From an uncultured Ruminococcus sp. (GTDB taxonomy: Bacteria > Bacillota > Clostridia > Oscillospirales > CAG-272), in assembly GCA_902797125.1 (NCBI GenBank), contig CADBRS010000177.1:1-33880 (forward strand): 33,880 bases of DNA, read 5' to 3'. Every line of letters begins with the position of its first letter. Positions within the stretch are counted from its first letter, which is position 1. A model generated the notes under the pieces. That model searched no databases and had not been told where the DNA came from. It worked only from the letters and a program-made list of their open reading frames with translations. Both the position numbers and the translations under genes were made by a program. Below, piece by piece: positions 9,695-17,699 of the stretch.

Positions 9695-10093
9695 TTACCA
9701 AACGAACGCAAGAACTTCACCGCCAACATTTTCACGGCGAGCCTTTTTATCCGTCATAATTCCCTTGGATGTAGAAACAATGGCAATACCCATGCCGTTC
9801 ATGACCTTAGGCATATCTTCGCATCCGGCGTAAATTCTCAGACCCGGACGGGAAACACGCTTGATGCCACGAATGACGCGCTGTTTGTTTGCCGTATATT
9901 TCAGTGTGATGCGGATCACACCCTGTTTTGTTTCATCCACTACTTCGTAGCCTTTGATATAACCTTCTTCAACCAGAATGTCTGCGATGGCCTTTTTCAT
10001 GTTGGAAGCCGGAACATCAACAGTTGCATGCTTTGCGCTGCTTGCATTTCTGATTCTTGTAAGCATATCTGCTATAACATCAGACATTTGCAT
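9695..10093 (-). CDS. rpsH: 30S ribosomal protein S8
   Basis: The 132-aa translation, with [18 protein letters not shown]...GGEVLAFVW, is typical of S8. An AAGGAGG SD is present. Confidence 0.96.
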   Translation of the reverse strand: MQMSDVIADMLTRIRNASSAKHATVDVPASNMKKAIADILVEEGYIKGYEVVDETKQGVIRITLKYTANKQRVIRGIKRVSRPGLRIYAGCEDMPKVMNGMGIAIVSTSKGIMTDKKARRENVGGEVLAFVW

Positions 10094-10220
10094 AGTTTTA
10101 ATCCTCCTTATGCAAGTTAAATATTCTTGCTGCCGCTAAAAAGCGGCGGCCAGCCGGCGGTTAAGAATTCTTCCTACCGACCGTTGGGGGAACGATTGAA
10201 CATCCAATCGCTGGCGGACA

Positions 10221-10406
10221 TCACCAGGATGCTTTTCTAACACCCGGGATTTCACCCTTATAAGCCAATTCGCGGAAGCAGATACGGCAGATCCCGTACT
10301 TGCGCAGATACGCATGGGGACGGCCGCAAATCTTGCAGCGGTTGTAGCGTCTTGTTGAGAACTTCTGCGGACCCTGCTGCTTCAAAATCATTGCTTTTTT
10401 AGCCAT
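10221..10406 (-). CDS. rpsN: 30S ribosomal protein S14 type Z (zinc-binding), 61 aa
   Basis: Trimmed to ATG 10404-10406: [61 protein letters not shown]. It has the CxxC...CxxC motif and a GGAGGA SD. Confidence 0.95.
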   Translation of the reverse strand: MAKKAMILKQQGPQKFSTRRYNRCKICGRPHAYLRKYGICRICFRELAYKGEIPGVRKASW

Positions 10407-10422
10407 AATCGGTATTCCTCCA

Positions 10423-10965
10423 TCACTCAGCAAACGGAGCGCCGAACAGTTTCAGCATCTCTCTTGCTTCATCATCGTTAACAGCTGTCGTTACGAAACA
10501 GATATCCATGCCGCGAATCTTTTCGACTTTGTCGTAATCGATTTCGGGGAAGATCAACTGTTCCTTCAGACCCAGTGCGTAATTTCCGCGTCCGTCAAAA
10601 GCATTCGGATTGATGCCCTTGAAGTCACGTACGCGCGGCAGTGCGAAGTTAAAGAGACGATCCATAAATTCGTACATTCTGTCGCCGCGGAGAGTAACCT
10701 TGGCACCGATCTTCATTCCTTCACGGAGTTTGAAGTTCGCAACGGATTTCCGAGCTGTTGTGGGAACTGCTTTCTGGCCGGCGATCATTGTGATATCCGC
10801 AAGAACCGCATCCAGCGCTTTGGAGTTTTCTTTAGCGTCACCGACACCGACATTGATAACGATTTTGTTCAATCTCGGAATCTGCATAACGCTCTTGTAA
10901 TTGTATTTTGCCATGAGTGCCGGAGCAATCTCGGCATTGTATTTCTCTTTTAATCTTGCTGCCAT
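10423..10965 (-). CDS. rplE: 50S ribosomal protein L5, 180 aa
   Basis: Trimmed to ATG 10963-10965 ([18 protein letters not shown]...). The sequence is typical of L5 and gene order agrees. Confidence 0.95.
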   Translation of the reverse strand: MAARLKEKYNAEIAPALMAKYNYKSVMQIPRLNKIVINVGVGDAKENSKALDAVLADITMIAGQKAVPTTARKSVANFKLREGMKIGAKVTLRGDRMYEFMDRLFNFALPRVRDFKGINPNAFDGRGNYALGLKEQLIFPEIDYDKVEKIRGMDICFVTTAVNDDEAREMLKLFGAPFAE

Positions 10966-10979
10966 GATTGTCTCCTTTC

Positions 10980-11297
10980 TCACAGTTCAGTACCGCAATG
11001 TACGCAAACACGGACTTTTTTGCCATTGGACTTAACAACGTTCTTCGTCCTGACGCCTTTTCCGCATTTTGAGCAATACAGAGCAACTTTGGATGCATAG
11101 ATGGCACCCTCTGCCTCGATGATACCGCCGGCTTCGCCCTGACGGCGAGGTTTCACATGCTTCTTGATCATGTGAACGCCTTTAACAATTACTTTTCCTT
11201 CAGAGGGAGAAGTAGCGATGACTTCACCCTGAACGCCCTTTTCATCTCCGGAAAGGACAATAACGTTATCACCTTTTTTGATATGAAGTTTAGCCAT
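10980..11297 (-). CDS. rplX: 50S ribosomal protein L24 with a C-terminal CxxC-19-CxxC motif
   Basis: The 105-aa translation has a KOW motif ([21 protein letters not shown]). Gene order agrees and a GAGGAGG SD is present. Confidence 0.95.
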   Translation of the reverse strand: MAKLHIKKGDNVIVLSGDEKGVQGEVIATSPSEGKVIVKGVHMIKKHVKPRRQGEAGGIIEAEGAIYASKVALYCSKCGKGVRTKNVVKSNGKKVRVCVHCGTEL

Positions 11298-11310
11298 TGT
11301 CTATTCCTCC

Positions 11311-11679
11311 TCAGAGTACTTCGGGAGCCAAAGACAAAATCTTCAGGAACTGTTTTTCACGCAATTCACGAGCCACAGGCCCAAAAATACGCGTCCCTGT
11401 CGGGGTCTTGTCTTCTTTTACGATAACTGCTGCGTTTTCGTCAAATTTGATATATGTTCCGTCACCGCGCTTGATACCATGCGCCGTGCGGACAACTACA
11501 GCTTTAACAACGTCGCCTTTCTTAACAACGCCTCCGGGGATGGCCTTCTTGACTGAGCAGACCACGATATCGCCAACGTTGGCATATCTGCGGCCTGTAC
11601 CGCCCAGAACACGAATGCACATCAGCTCTTTGGCACCGGTGTTGTCAGCGACCTTCATCAGTGTTTGTTGCTGAATCAT
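11311..11679 (-). CDS. rplN: 50S ribosomal protein L14
   Basis: The 122-aa translation [27 protein letters not shown]... is typical of L14. Confidence 0.97.
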   Translation of the reverse strand: MIQQQTLMKVADNTGAKELMCIRVLGGTGRRYANVGDIVVCSVKKAIPGGVVKKGDVVKAVVVRTAHGIKRGDGTYIKFDENAAVIVKEDKTPTGTRIFGPVARELREKQFLKILSLAPEVL

Positions 11680-11745
11680 ATGTTTCCTCCTACTGTTTCA
11701 GTACGCTTCGACGTACTTACTATTCGTGATTCAAATTCAGTTAAA

Positions 11746-12000
11746 TTATTTCGCCTTTTCGATAATGCGAACCAGTCTCCATCTCTTTGTTTTGGAGAGC
11801 GGGCGGGTTTCCATTATCTCGACTTTATCACCGATACCACATTCGTTATTGTCGTCCTGTGCATGGACCTTCAATGTGCGCTTGATAATTTTGCCGAAAG
11901 CGGGATGCTTGACGTTATCTTCGATGGAGACAACAATGGTCTTGTCCATTTTGTTGCTGGAAACAATACCAACTCTGGTTTTTCTCAATGCTCTTTCCAT
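11746..12000 (-). CDS. rpsQ: 30S ribosomal protein S17
   Basis: The 84-aa translation, with [19 protein letters not shown]...[12 protein letters not shown], is typical of S17. Confidence 0.96.
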   Translation of the reverse strand: MERALRKTRVGIVSSNKMDKTIVVSIEDNVKHPAFGKIIKRTLKVHAQDDNNECGIGDKVEIMETRPLSKTKRWRLVRIIEKAK

Positions 12001-12002
12001 GA

Positions 12003-12203
12003 TTATGCCTCCTCGTTGTATTTCTTCTGCTGAAGAACGGTCATAACGCGAGCGATATCCTTCTTTACATCATTGAGCACGTGCGGGTTGTCCAGCTGAT
12101 TGGTGGTATGCTGAAAACGAAGATTGAACAACTCTGTTTTCAGATCCTTCAGCTTTTCTTCCAAAGCATCAACGCTCATCCGATTCAATTCAGATGCTTT
12201 CAT
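12003..12203 (-). CDS. rpmC: 50S ribosomal protein L29
   Basis: The 66-aa translation, with [23 protein letters not shown], is typical of L29. Confidence 0.95.
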   Translation of the reverse strand: MKASELNRMSVDALEEKLKDLKTELFNLRFQHTTNQLDNPHVLNDVKKDIARVMTVLQQKKYNEEA

Positions 12204-12206
12204 GTT

Positions 12207-12635
12207 TTACACCTCCTCAGCAGTTTCTGCCGTCTTGGCAACAAACTTGCTCTTGATGGGCAGTTTGTGGCCGGCAAGACGCATAGCCTCTCTGGCAGTT
12301 GCTTCGTCGACACCATCCATTTCGAACATGATGCGACCCGGTTTGACGACTGCTACCCAATAGGAAACGGCACCTTTACCGGAACCCATACGAGTGTCGG
12401 CCGGTTTTTCCGTAATCGGCTTATCCGGGAACAGTTTGATCCAAACCTGACCACCACGTTTGATGTAACGTGTCATTGCAATACGGGCTGCTTCAATCTG
12501 GTTGGCTGTGATCCAAGCGGGTTCAAGAGCCATAAGACCGTAGGCACCATTCGTAATCGTATTGCCACGGGAAGCCTTGCCCTTCATTCTACCGCGCTGA
12601 ACACGGCGGAACTTAACTCTTTTTGGCATTAACAT
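12207..12635 (-). CDS. rplP: 50S ribosomal protein L16
   Basis: The 142-aa translation [19 protein letters not shown]... is typical of L16. Its ATG overlaps the rpsC TAA stop by 1 nt (TAATG). Confidence 0.96.
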   Translation of the reverse strand: MLMPKRVKFRRVQRGRMKGKASRGNTITNGAYGLMALEPAWITANQIEAARIAMTRYIKRGGQVWIKLFPDKPITEKPADTRMGSGKGAVSYWVAVVKPGRIMFEMDGVDEATAREAMRLAGHKLPIKSKFVAKTAETAEEV

Positions 12636-13510
12636 TACTTTGTACCTCCATCTTTAGGAGCCCCTTCTCTGGGTGCTCTTGCCGGACGATCTCCAGTCGG
12701 GCGATTCTGACGGGGCGGTCTGTTTTCATTGTTGAAACGTCTGCCGCCGTCTTTGTTGAAAGATCCGCCGTTTCTGCGATCGCCGTTGCGATCACCGTTG
12801 CGGCCGCCCTTGCGGTCTTTGTGCTGGCTTCCGGGTCTGTTTACTTCACGAAGAACTTCTCCGCTTGCATAGATCCAAACCTTAACGCCGATGCGACCGT
12901 AGGTCGTAGCTGCTTCTGCAAGTCCGTAATCGATATCTGCACGGAGCGTCTGCAGCGGGATGGTCCCTTCGTGATAATGCTCACTTCTGGAAATTTCAAC
13001 GCCGCCCAAACGGCCGCCGCATGTGATCTTGATGCCCTTGGCACCCAGTCTCATGGTATTGCGGATAGCCATTTTCATGGCTTTACGGTATGTCACTCTG
13101 CGCTCCAACTGGCCTGCGATGTTCTCTGCAACCAGCTGTGCATTCAGATCCGGAGATCTGACTTCAACAACATCAAAAGCAACTCTTGCGCCGGGAACCA
13201 TTTTGGCCACAGCTTTTCTGTACTTTTCAATGTTGGAGCCGTCTTTACCGATGACAAAACCGGGTTTTGCGCAATGCAGGATCACTCTGATGAACTCAGT
13301 ATTCTTGCCTGCTTTTGCATCGTAAACGGTTTTGCGTTCGATCTCGATCTTCGGAACGCCTGCATCCTTCAATTCGGATTTCAGGAACGTTCTGATTTTT
13401 CTGTCAGACACAAGGGTATCACCGAACTTTTCGTCGGAAACGAACCATCTTGAGTCCCAATCTTTGATAACGCCAACACGCATGCCGTGCGGATTAACCT
13501 TTTGACCCAT
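12635..13510 (-). CDS. rpsC: 30S ribosomal protein S3 with a roughly 70-aa Arg/Gly/Asn-rich C-terminal extension (291 aa)
   Basis: [23 protein letters not shown]... plus the KH domain are typical of S3. The tail from about aa 222 is low-complexity ([15 protein letters not shown]...[20 protein letters not shown]). Confidence 0.95.
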   Translation of the reverse strand: MGQKVNPHGMRVGVIKDWDSRWFVSDEKFGDTLVSDRKIRTFLKSELKDAGVPKIEIERKTVYDAKAGKNTEFIRVILHCAKPGFVIGKDGSNIEKYRKAVAKMVPGARVAFDVVEVRSPDLNAQLVAENIAGQLERRVTYRKAMKMAIRNTMRLGAKGIKITCGGRLGGVEISRSEHYHEGTIPLQTLRADIDYGLAEAATTYGRIGVKVWIYASGEVLREVNRPGSQHKDRKGGRNGDRNGDRRNGGSFNKDGGRRFNNENRPPRQNRPTGDRPARAPREGAPKDGGTK

Positions 13511-13524
13511 AGTTCATACCCTCC

Positions 13525-13863
13525 TTACATTTCTTTCTCTGCAACAACCATCGTTACGTGGCTGGTGCGCTTTAAAATTCTGTCTGCGCTGCCTTTGGCA
13601 CGAGGCATGATTCTCTTCATGGTCGGGCCGGGGCAAACGAAACAGGTTTTCACATACAGATTCGTAGTATCCATATGGAAATTGTTCTCTGCATTCGCAA
13701 GAGCACTGTTCAGTAATTTGATCAGGTATTCGGAAGCACCGCGGGGGGTGTTCTTCAGAATAGCCATCGCCGTTTCTACATCCTTGCCTCTGATGAGATC
13801 GAGCACATACTGAACTTTTCTAGGGGAAATTCTGGCATGTCTAAGATATGCTGCTGCTTCCAT
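13525..13863 (-). CDS. rplV: 50S ribosomal protein L22
   Basis: The 112-aa translation, with ARISPRKVQYVLDLIRGK...RAKGSADRILKRTSH, is typical of L22. Confidence 0.96.
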   Translation of the reverse strand: MEAAAYLRHARISPRKVQYVLDLIRGKDVETAMAILKNTPRGASEYLIKLLNSALANAENNFHMDTTNLYVKTCFVCPGPTMKRIMPRAKGSADRILKRTSHVTMVVAEKEM

Positions 13864-13885
13864 ATTCTTCTGTGACTCCTCTCAA

Positions 13886-14170
13886 TTATTTACCGGATGT
13901 GTTGGACGTCTTGGATCCAGAATGTCCTTTGAACGTTCTGGTCAAAGCGAACTCACCGAGTTTGTGGCCGATCATATCTTCCGTAACAAAAACGGGAACG
14001 TGCTTTCTGCCATCATGTACAGCGATCGTGTGACCGACGAATTCAGGGAATATTGTGGAAGAACGAGACCATGTTTTAATGACTTTCTTCTCGTTTTTCT
14101 CATTCATTGCAACGATACGGTTGTAAAGCTTTTCCTCAACAAAAGGCGGCTTTTTAGTACTTCTACTCAT
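13886..14170 (-). CDS. rpsS: 30S ribosomal protein S19
   Basis: The 94-aa translation, with [10 protein letters not shown]...[29 protein letters not shown], is typical of S19. Confidence 0.97.
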   Translation of the reverse strand: MSRSTKKPPFVEEKLYNRIVAMNEKNEKKVIKTWSRSSTIFPEFVGHTIAVHDGRKHVPVFVTEDMIGHKLGEFALTRTFKGHSGSKTSNTSGK

Positions 14171-14184
14171 TGATATTCCCTCCT

Positions 14185-15015
14185 TTACTTAGCATTACGG
14201 CGCTTAATGATGAACTTGTTGGTTCTTGCCTTGGTGTTACGGGTCTTGTAACCAAGAGCAGGTTTGCCCCAAGGAGTAACCGGTCCGGGATGGCCGATCG
14301 GCGACTTGCCTTCACCACCACCGTGAGGGTGGTCGACCGCGTTCATGACAGAACCGCGGACTGTAGGACGAATGCCCATGTGTCTCTTCTTGCCGGCTTT
14401 GCCAAGTTTGACTGTGTCATGCTCAATGTTGCCGACCTGACCGATGGTAGCCTTGCAATCCAAACGGATGATGCGGACTTCACCGGAAGGCAGACGAACC
14501 TGTGCCTGACCATTCTCTTTGGCAATCAGCTGAGCAAAGACACCGGCTGAACGAACCAGCTGTGCGCCTTTACCGGGATACAGTTCGATGTTGTGGATCA
14601 TCGTACCGACGGGGATGTTGGAGATTGGAAGCGTGTTGCCGGGTTTGATGTCGGCATCCGGCGCGGAATAAACCACGTCGCCGTCTTTCAGACCAACAGG
14701 AGCTACGATGTAGGACCGTTTGCCCTCGCCGTTTTCCAGCAGAGCGATGTAAGCGGAGCGGTTCGGATCATACTCAATACCGAGAACGGTGTTGGCAGAA
14801 GCGTCCTGACGCTTGAAATCGATCAGTCTGTACTTGATCTTGTTTCCGCCGCCTCTGTGACGAACGGTGATTTTGCCGTAACTGTTACGACCGGAATTCT
14901 TCTTTTTGATTACAATCAGTTTCTTCTCAGGAGACTTACGCGTGACTTCCTCAAATGAAGGAGCCGTCATATTTCTTCTGGAAGGCGTGGTTGGTTTAAA
15001 CTTTACTGTAGGCAT
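14185..15015 (-). CDS. rplB: 50S ribosomal protein L2
   Basis: The 276-aa translation, with [23 protein letters not shown], is typical of L2. Confidence 0.97.
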   Translation of the reverse strand: MPTVKFKPTTPSRRNMTAPSFEEVTRKSPEKKLIVIKKKNSGRNSYGKITVRHRGGGNKIKYRLIDFKRQDASANTVLGIEYDPNRSAYIALLENGEGKRSYIVAPVGLKDGDVVYSAPDADIKPGNTLPISNIPVGTMIHNIELYPGKGAQLVRSAGVFAQLIAKENGQAQVRLPSGEVRIIRLDCKATIGQVGNIEHDTVKLGKAGKKRHMGIRPTVRGSVMNAVDHPHGGGEGKSPIGHPGPVTPWGKPALGYKTRNTKARTNKFIIKRRNAK

Positions 15016-15033
15016 TATTGACTCCTCCTACTC

Positions 15034-15327
15034 TCAGTTCAGGCCTTCGAAGAACTCGATGGACTTCGAATCTTCTGTCAGCGTGACGTAAGCTTTCTTC
15101 CAGGCGGAGGTGTATCCCTGATGAACACCCATCCGTTTGGGCTTTCTCTTCATATTAATTGTATTAACGGATGCGACTTTGACCTTGAACATGACCTCGA
15201 CCGCATTTGCGATCTCAGGCTTTGTTGCTTTGGACTGAACTTTGAAAGCGTATTTCTTCTGTTCAACACCGCGCATCGAGCTCTCGGAAATGATCGGAGC
15301 AATGATAACATCTTGTACTGATTTCAT
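15034..15327 (-). CDS. rplW: 50S ribosomal protein L23, 97 aa
   Basis: The first codon of the ORF-track entry (15328-15330) is GTG. The ATG at 15325-15327 overlaps the rplD TGA stop by 1 nt (TGATG) and gives MKSVQDVIIAPIISE..., which is L23-like. Confidence 0.93.
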   Translation of the reverse strand: MKSVQDVIIAPIISESSMRGVEQKKYAFKVQSKATKPEIANAVEVMFKVKVASVNTINMKRKPKRMGVHQGYTSAWKKAYVTLTEDSKSIEFFEGLN

Positions 15328-16049
15328 CACGCATAAACCTCCTCGAGTTTCTTAACGGCGTCGACCGTCATCACAAGTTTTTCGGCATTCAGAATGTCGT
15401 AAACATTCAGTGTGCTGTAAAGAGTCGTTTTGACTTCGGGAATGTTTGCACATCCTCTGACGACAACTGCATCAACTTCGGGAAGAACCAGCAGAGCGGT
15501 CTGAGCTTTTTTAGCCGTACGGGTTGCTTTCTTTCCTTTAATTAATTCACCCTTGTCGTCGAGTTCGTACAGTTTGTATTCCTTCTCGTACGTTTTTTCG
15601 CAACCGAGAGCTTTGAACATACCAGCCATTTTAGAGGTGGATTTTTCGTAACCTTCAAGTTGCACTGCATCCAGGAGGATCAGATCTCCGGAAGCGGCTC
15701 TGGCAGAAAGTGCGCTGAAGAGTGCCACTCTCTTTGCCTTCTTTGTCATGGCAATGCGATAATCTCTCGGCTTCGGGCCAAGGGCGATACCGCCGTGCGT
15801 CCATTGAGGAGAACGTGTGGAACCCTGACGGGCACGACCTGTTCCCTTCTGTCTCCAGGGCTTTTTGCCGCCGCCACTGACTTCAGAACGAGTCAATGTG
15901 GACTGTGTGCCCTGACGCTGATTTGCCAGATAAGTTTTGACAGCCTGATGAAGCACTGCGACGTTGACGCTTGCACCGAACAGTTTGTCGGACAATTCCA
16001 TCGTGCCTACTTCTGCGCCTGCCATGTTAAAAATCTTTGCGTTTGGCAT
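15327..16049 (-). CDS. rplD: 50S ribosomal protein L4 (240 aa, longer than the usual roughly 207 aa)
   Basis: RQGTQSTLTRSEVSGGGKKPWRQKGTGRARQGSTRSPQW is typical of L4. An AAGGAGG SD is present. Confidence 0.95.
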   Translation of the reverse strand: MPNAKIFNMAGAEVGTMELSDKLFGASVNVAVLHQAVKTYLANQRQGTQSTLTRSEVSGGGKKPWRQKGTGRARQGSTRSPQWTHGGIALGPKPRDYRIAMTKKAKRVALFSALSARAASGDLILLDAVQLEGYEKSTSKMAGMFKALGCEKTYEKEYKLYELDDKGELIKGKKATRTAKKAQTALLVLPEVDAVVVRGCANIPEVKTTLYSTLNVYDILNAEKLVMTVDAVKKLEEVYA

Positions 16050-16068
16050 TTTACGTTACCTCCTTCAC

Positions 16069-16755
16069 TCAGGCCTTGATCGAGTCGCGAATGAAGACGA
16101 TTCCGTCCTTGGCACCGGGAACGGCACCTTTAACGGCGATCAGATTTCTTTCTGCATCGATCTTTACGACTTTGAGGTTGAGAATGGTGACCTGCTCATT
16201 ACCATACTGTCCGGCCATGTGTTTGTTCTTGTAAACACGGGACGGAGTGGAGTTCGGACCCATGGAACCGACTTCGCGGTGGATCGGGCCGACGCCGTGT
16301 GTGGAGCACAGTGTGTGCTGATTCCATCTCTTAACTGCACCGGTATATCCGTGACCTTTTGTCAAACCCGTTACATCGACCTTTTCGCCTGCGGCGAAGG
16401 TATCGGCGGTGACTTTAGCGCCACATTCATACGTTGAGCAATCTTCAAAACGGAATTCTTTCAGATGTTTGAGAATAGGCAGATCTTCGCTGGGAACCCA
16501 TTTTCTGAAGTGTCCCTTCTCAGCTGCGGAGAGATAATTGTGTCTCTTCTTGCCACCCTTGGTGGTTTTGTACAGATGCTGGCTCTTCACTTCTTCGAAG
16601 CCGAGCTGAACAGCATCGTAACCGTCGTTTTCAACGGTCTTCTTCTGCACGACTGTGCAGGGGCCGGCCTCGATGACTGTTACAGGGATTGCATTGCCCT
16701 TCTCATCGAAAACCTGAGTCATACCGATTTTCTTACCGATAATACCCTTTTTCAT
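16069..16755 (-). CDS. rplC: 50S ribosomal protein L3, 228 aa
   Basis: Trimmed to ATG 16753-16755 (MKKGIIGKKIGMTQVFDEKGNAIPVTVIEAGPC...), which has a GGAGGA SD. Confidence 0.95.
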   Translation of the reverse strand: MKKGIIGKKIGMTQVFDEKGNAIPVTVIEAGPCTVVQKKTVENDGYDAVQLGFEEVKSQHLYKTTKGGKKRHNYLSAAEKGHFRKWVPSEDLPILKHLKEFRFEDCSTYECGAKVTADTFAAGEKVDVTGLTKGHGYTGAVKRWNQHTLCSTHGVGPIHREVGSMGPNSTPSRVYKNKHMAGQYGNEQVTILNLKVVKIDAERNLIAVKGAVPGAKDGIVFIRDSIKA

Positions 16756-16878
16756 TTTGCTTTCCTCCATAAATTATTGGTTGGACTCCCGAACGGGGCC
16801 AACATGACTTACAAAGTGCCGCCTCATGTCCTGTTGGGTCAGTACATGGAGCTGTTGTCTTTGTTTTTACAACTTCGA

Positions 16879-17187
16879 TCAGAGCTTGATCTGAATGTCA
16901 ACGCCTGCCGGAAGGTCGACTCTCATCAGATCGTCGATGCACTTCTTAGAGGGTTTGATCACGTCGATCAGTCTCTTGTGCGTACGTGTTTCGAACTGCT
17001 CACGGCTGTCCTTGTACTTGTGCACAGCACGAAGGATCGTGATGACTTCCTTTTCGGTGGGAAGCGGAATGGGGCCGGAAACTTCGGCGCCGTTTCTCTT
17101 CGCGATCTCAACGATCTTCTCTGCTGCGGTATCGACCAGCTTGTGATCATAGCTCTTAAGACGAACTCTCACTTTCTCTGTTGCCAT
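16879..17187 (-). CDS. rpsJ: 30S ribosomal protein S10, 102 aa
   Basis: Trimmed to ATG 17185-17187 ([19 protein letters not shown]...), which has an AAAGGAGG SD. It is the first gene of the S10 operon. Confidence 0.95.
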   Translation of the reverse strand: MATEKVRVRLKSYDHKLVDTAAEKIVEIAKRNGAEVSGPIPLPTEKEVITILRAVHKYKDSREQFETRTHKRLIDVIKPSKKCIDDLMRVDLPAGVDIQIKL

Positions 17188-17465
17188 TGTGGTTTGCCTC
17201 CTTTGAAATAAGTCTTGCGCAGTATTGCGCATCGCTTGTCAAGTGGGGCTTCTACGCTGTACACGCCATCTCGCGTTTCATGCTGACCCGAAAAATGTGG
17301 ACTCCGCCCAGGCATCAGCATCTGCCTGAACGAACTCCGGTCGAAAGTCGCACAAAACCAAAATTGTGCCTTTGTAGAATTAGCTACACTCGCCCGATTA
17401 TCGGACATACTCCACGGAAATTCCCTGATAAAATCAGCAACCTCCCGCTTCTACGCACATCAAGC
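17188..17465 (-). promoter_or_regulatory. Long (about 280 nt) structured 5' leader of the S10 operon; no known RNA family recognised
   Basis: This is the distance from the predicted -10 (17472-17477) to the rpsJ ATG (17187). Several hairpins are visible on the minus strand: CTGAT/ATCAG, TGTAG/CTACA, GCACAA/TTGTGC, CAGGCA/TGCCTG and GCGCA/TGCGC. A 10-nt direct repeat GCGTAGAAGC occurs near both ends of the leader. Confidence 0.5.
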
Positions 17466-17471
17466 CTTGCG

Positions 17472-17500
17472 ATTATACCACAAAGCCTTTTAAAAAGCAA
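17472..17500 (-). promoter_or_regulatory. Strong sigma-A-type promoter of the ribosomal superoperon: TTGCTT - 17 nt - TGGTATAAT (extended -10), with an AT-rich UP-like region upstream
   Basis: The minus strand reads TTGCTTtttaaaaggctttgTGGTATAAT. The -35 is at 17495-17500 and the -10 TATAAT at 17472-17477. Positions 17501-17600 are strongly A/T rich. Confidence 0.65.
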
Positions 17501-17635
17501 CTTAAAAATAAATACGTGACCGAAAATTTTCACACGATTTTTTTAAAATTTTTGTGCATTTTTCACAAAGACAGACATAATCGGTATCAATTATGTCAGT
17601 TTGAGCCCTGTTTACGCATAATTCTGCGATCAGTC

Positions 17636-17672
17636 AACAAAAAACCTCCGGTTTCACGCAAGAAACCGGAGG
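17636..17672 (-). terminator. Rho-independent terminator of the lipoprotein gene
   Basis: Perfect 11-bp stem CCTCCGGTTTC (17645-17655) / GAAACCGGAGG (17662-17672) with a 6-nt loop. It is followed on the minus strand by TTTTTTGTT and lies 28 nt downstream of the TAA at 17700. Confidence 0.85.
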
Positions 17673-17699
17673 CAATAAGCAAGGCTGTGATCCAAGTCC

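Noticed and set aside
12623-13453. Very long ORFs antisense to real genes. Examples are 12623..13453 (276 aa, opposite rpsC), 28083..28907 and 28968..29750 (opposite the GH78 gene), 30335..31144 (opposite murC), 16465..17211 (opposite rplC/rpsJ), 22483..23139 (opposite hisS) and 1981..2565 (opposite rpoA).
   Set aside because: Their translations are low-complexity or Cys/Arg/Ser-rich with no recognisable motifs and no SD. Each lies opposite a gene with unmistakable conserved sequence. They are typical shadow ORFs produced by the codon bias of the true frame.
17169-17408. A 79-aa ORF on the minus strand inside the rpsJ leader, overlapping the rpsJ start.
   Set aside because: Its GGAG is only 1 nt from the ATG. 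The sequence has no recognisable features and is out of frame with rpsJ. The region is better explained as a structured untranslated leader.
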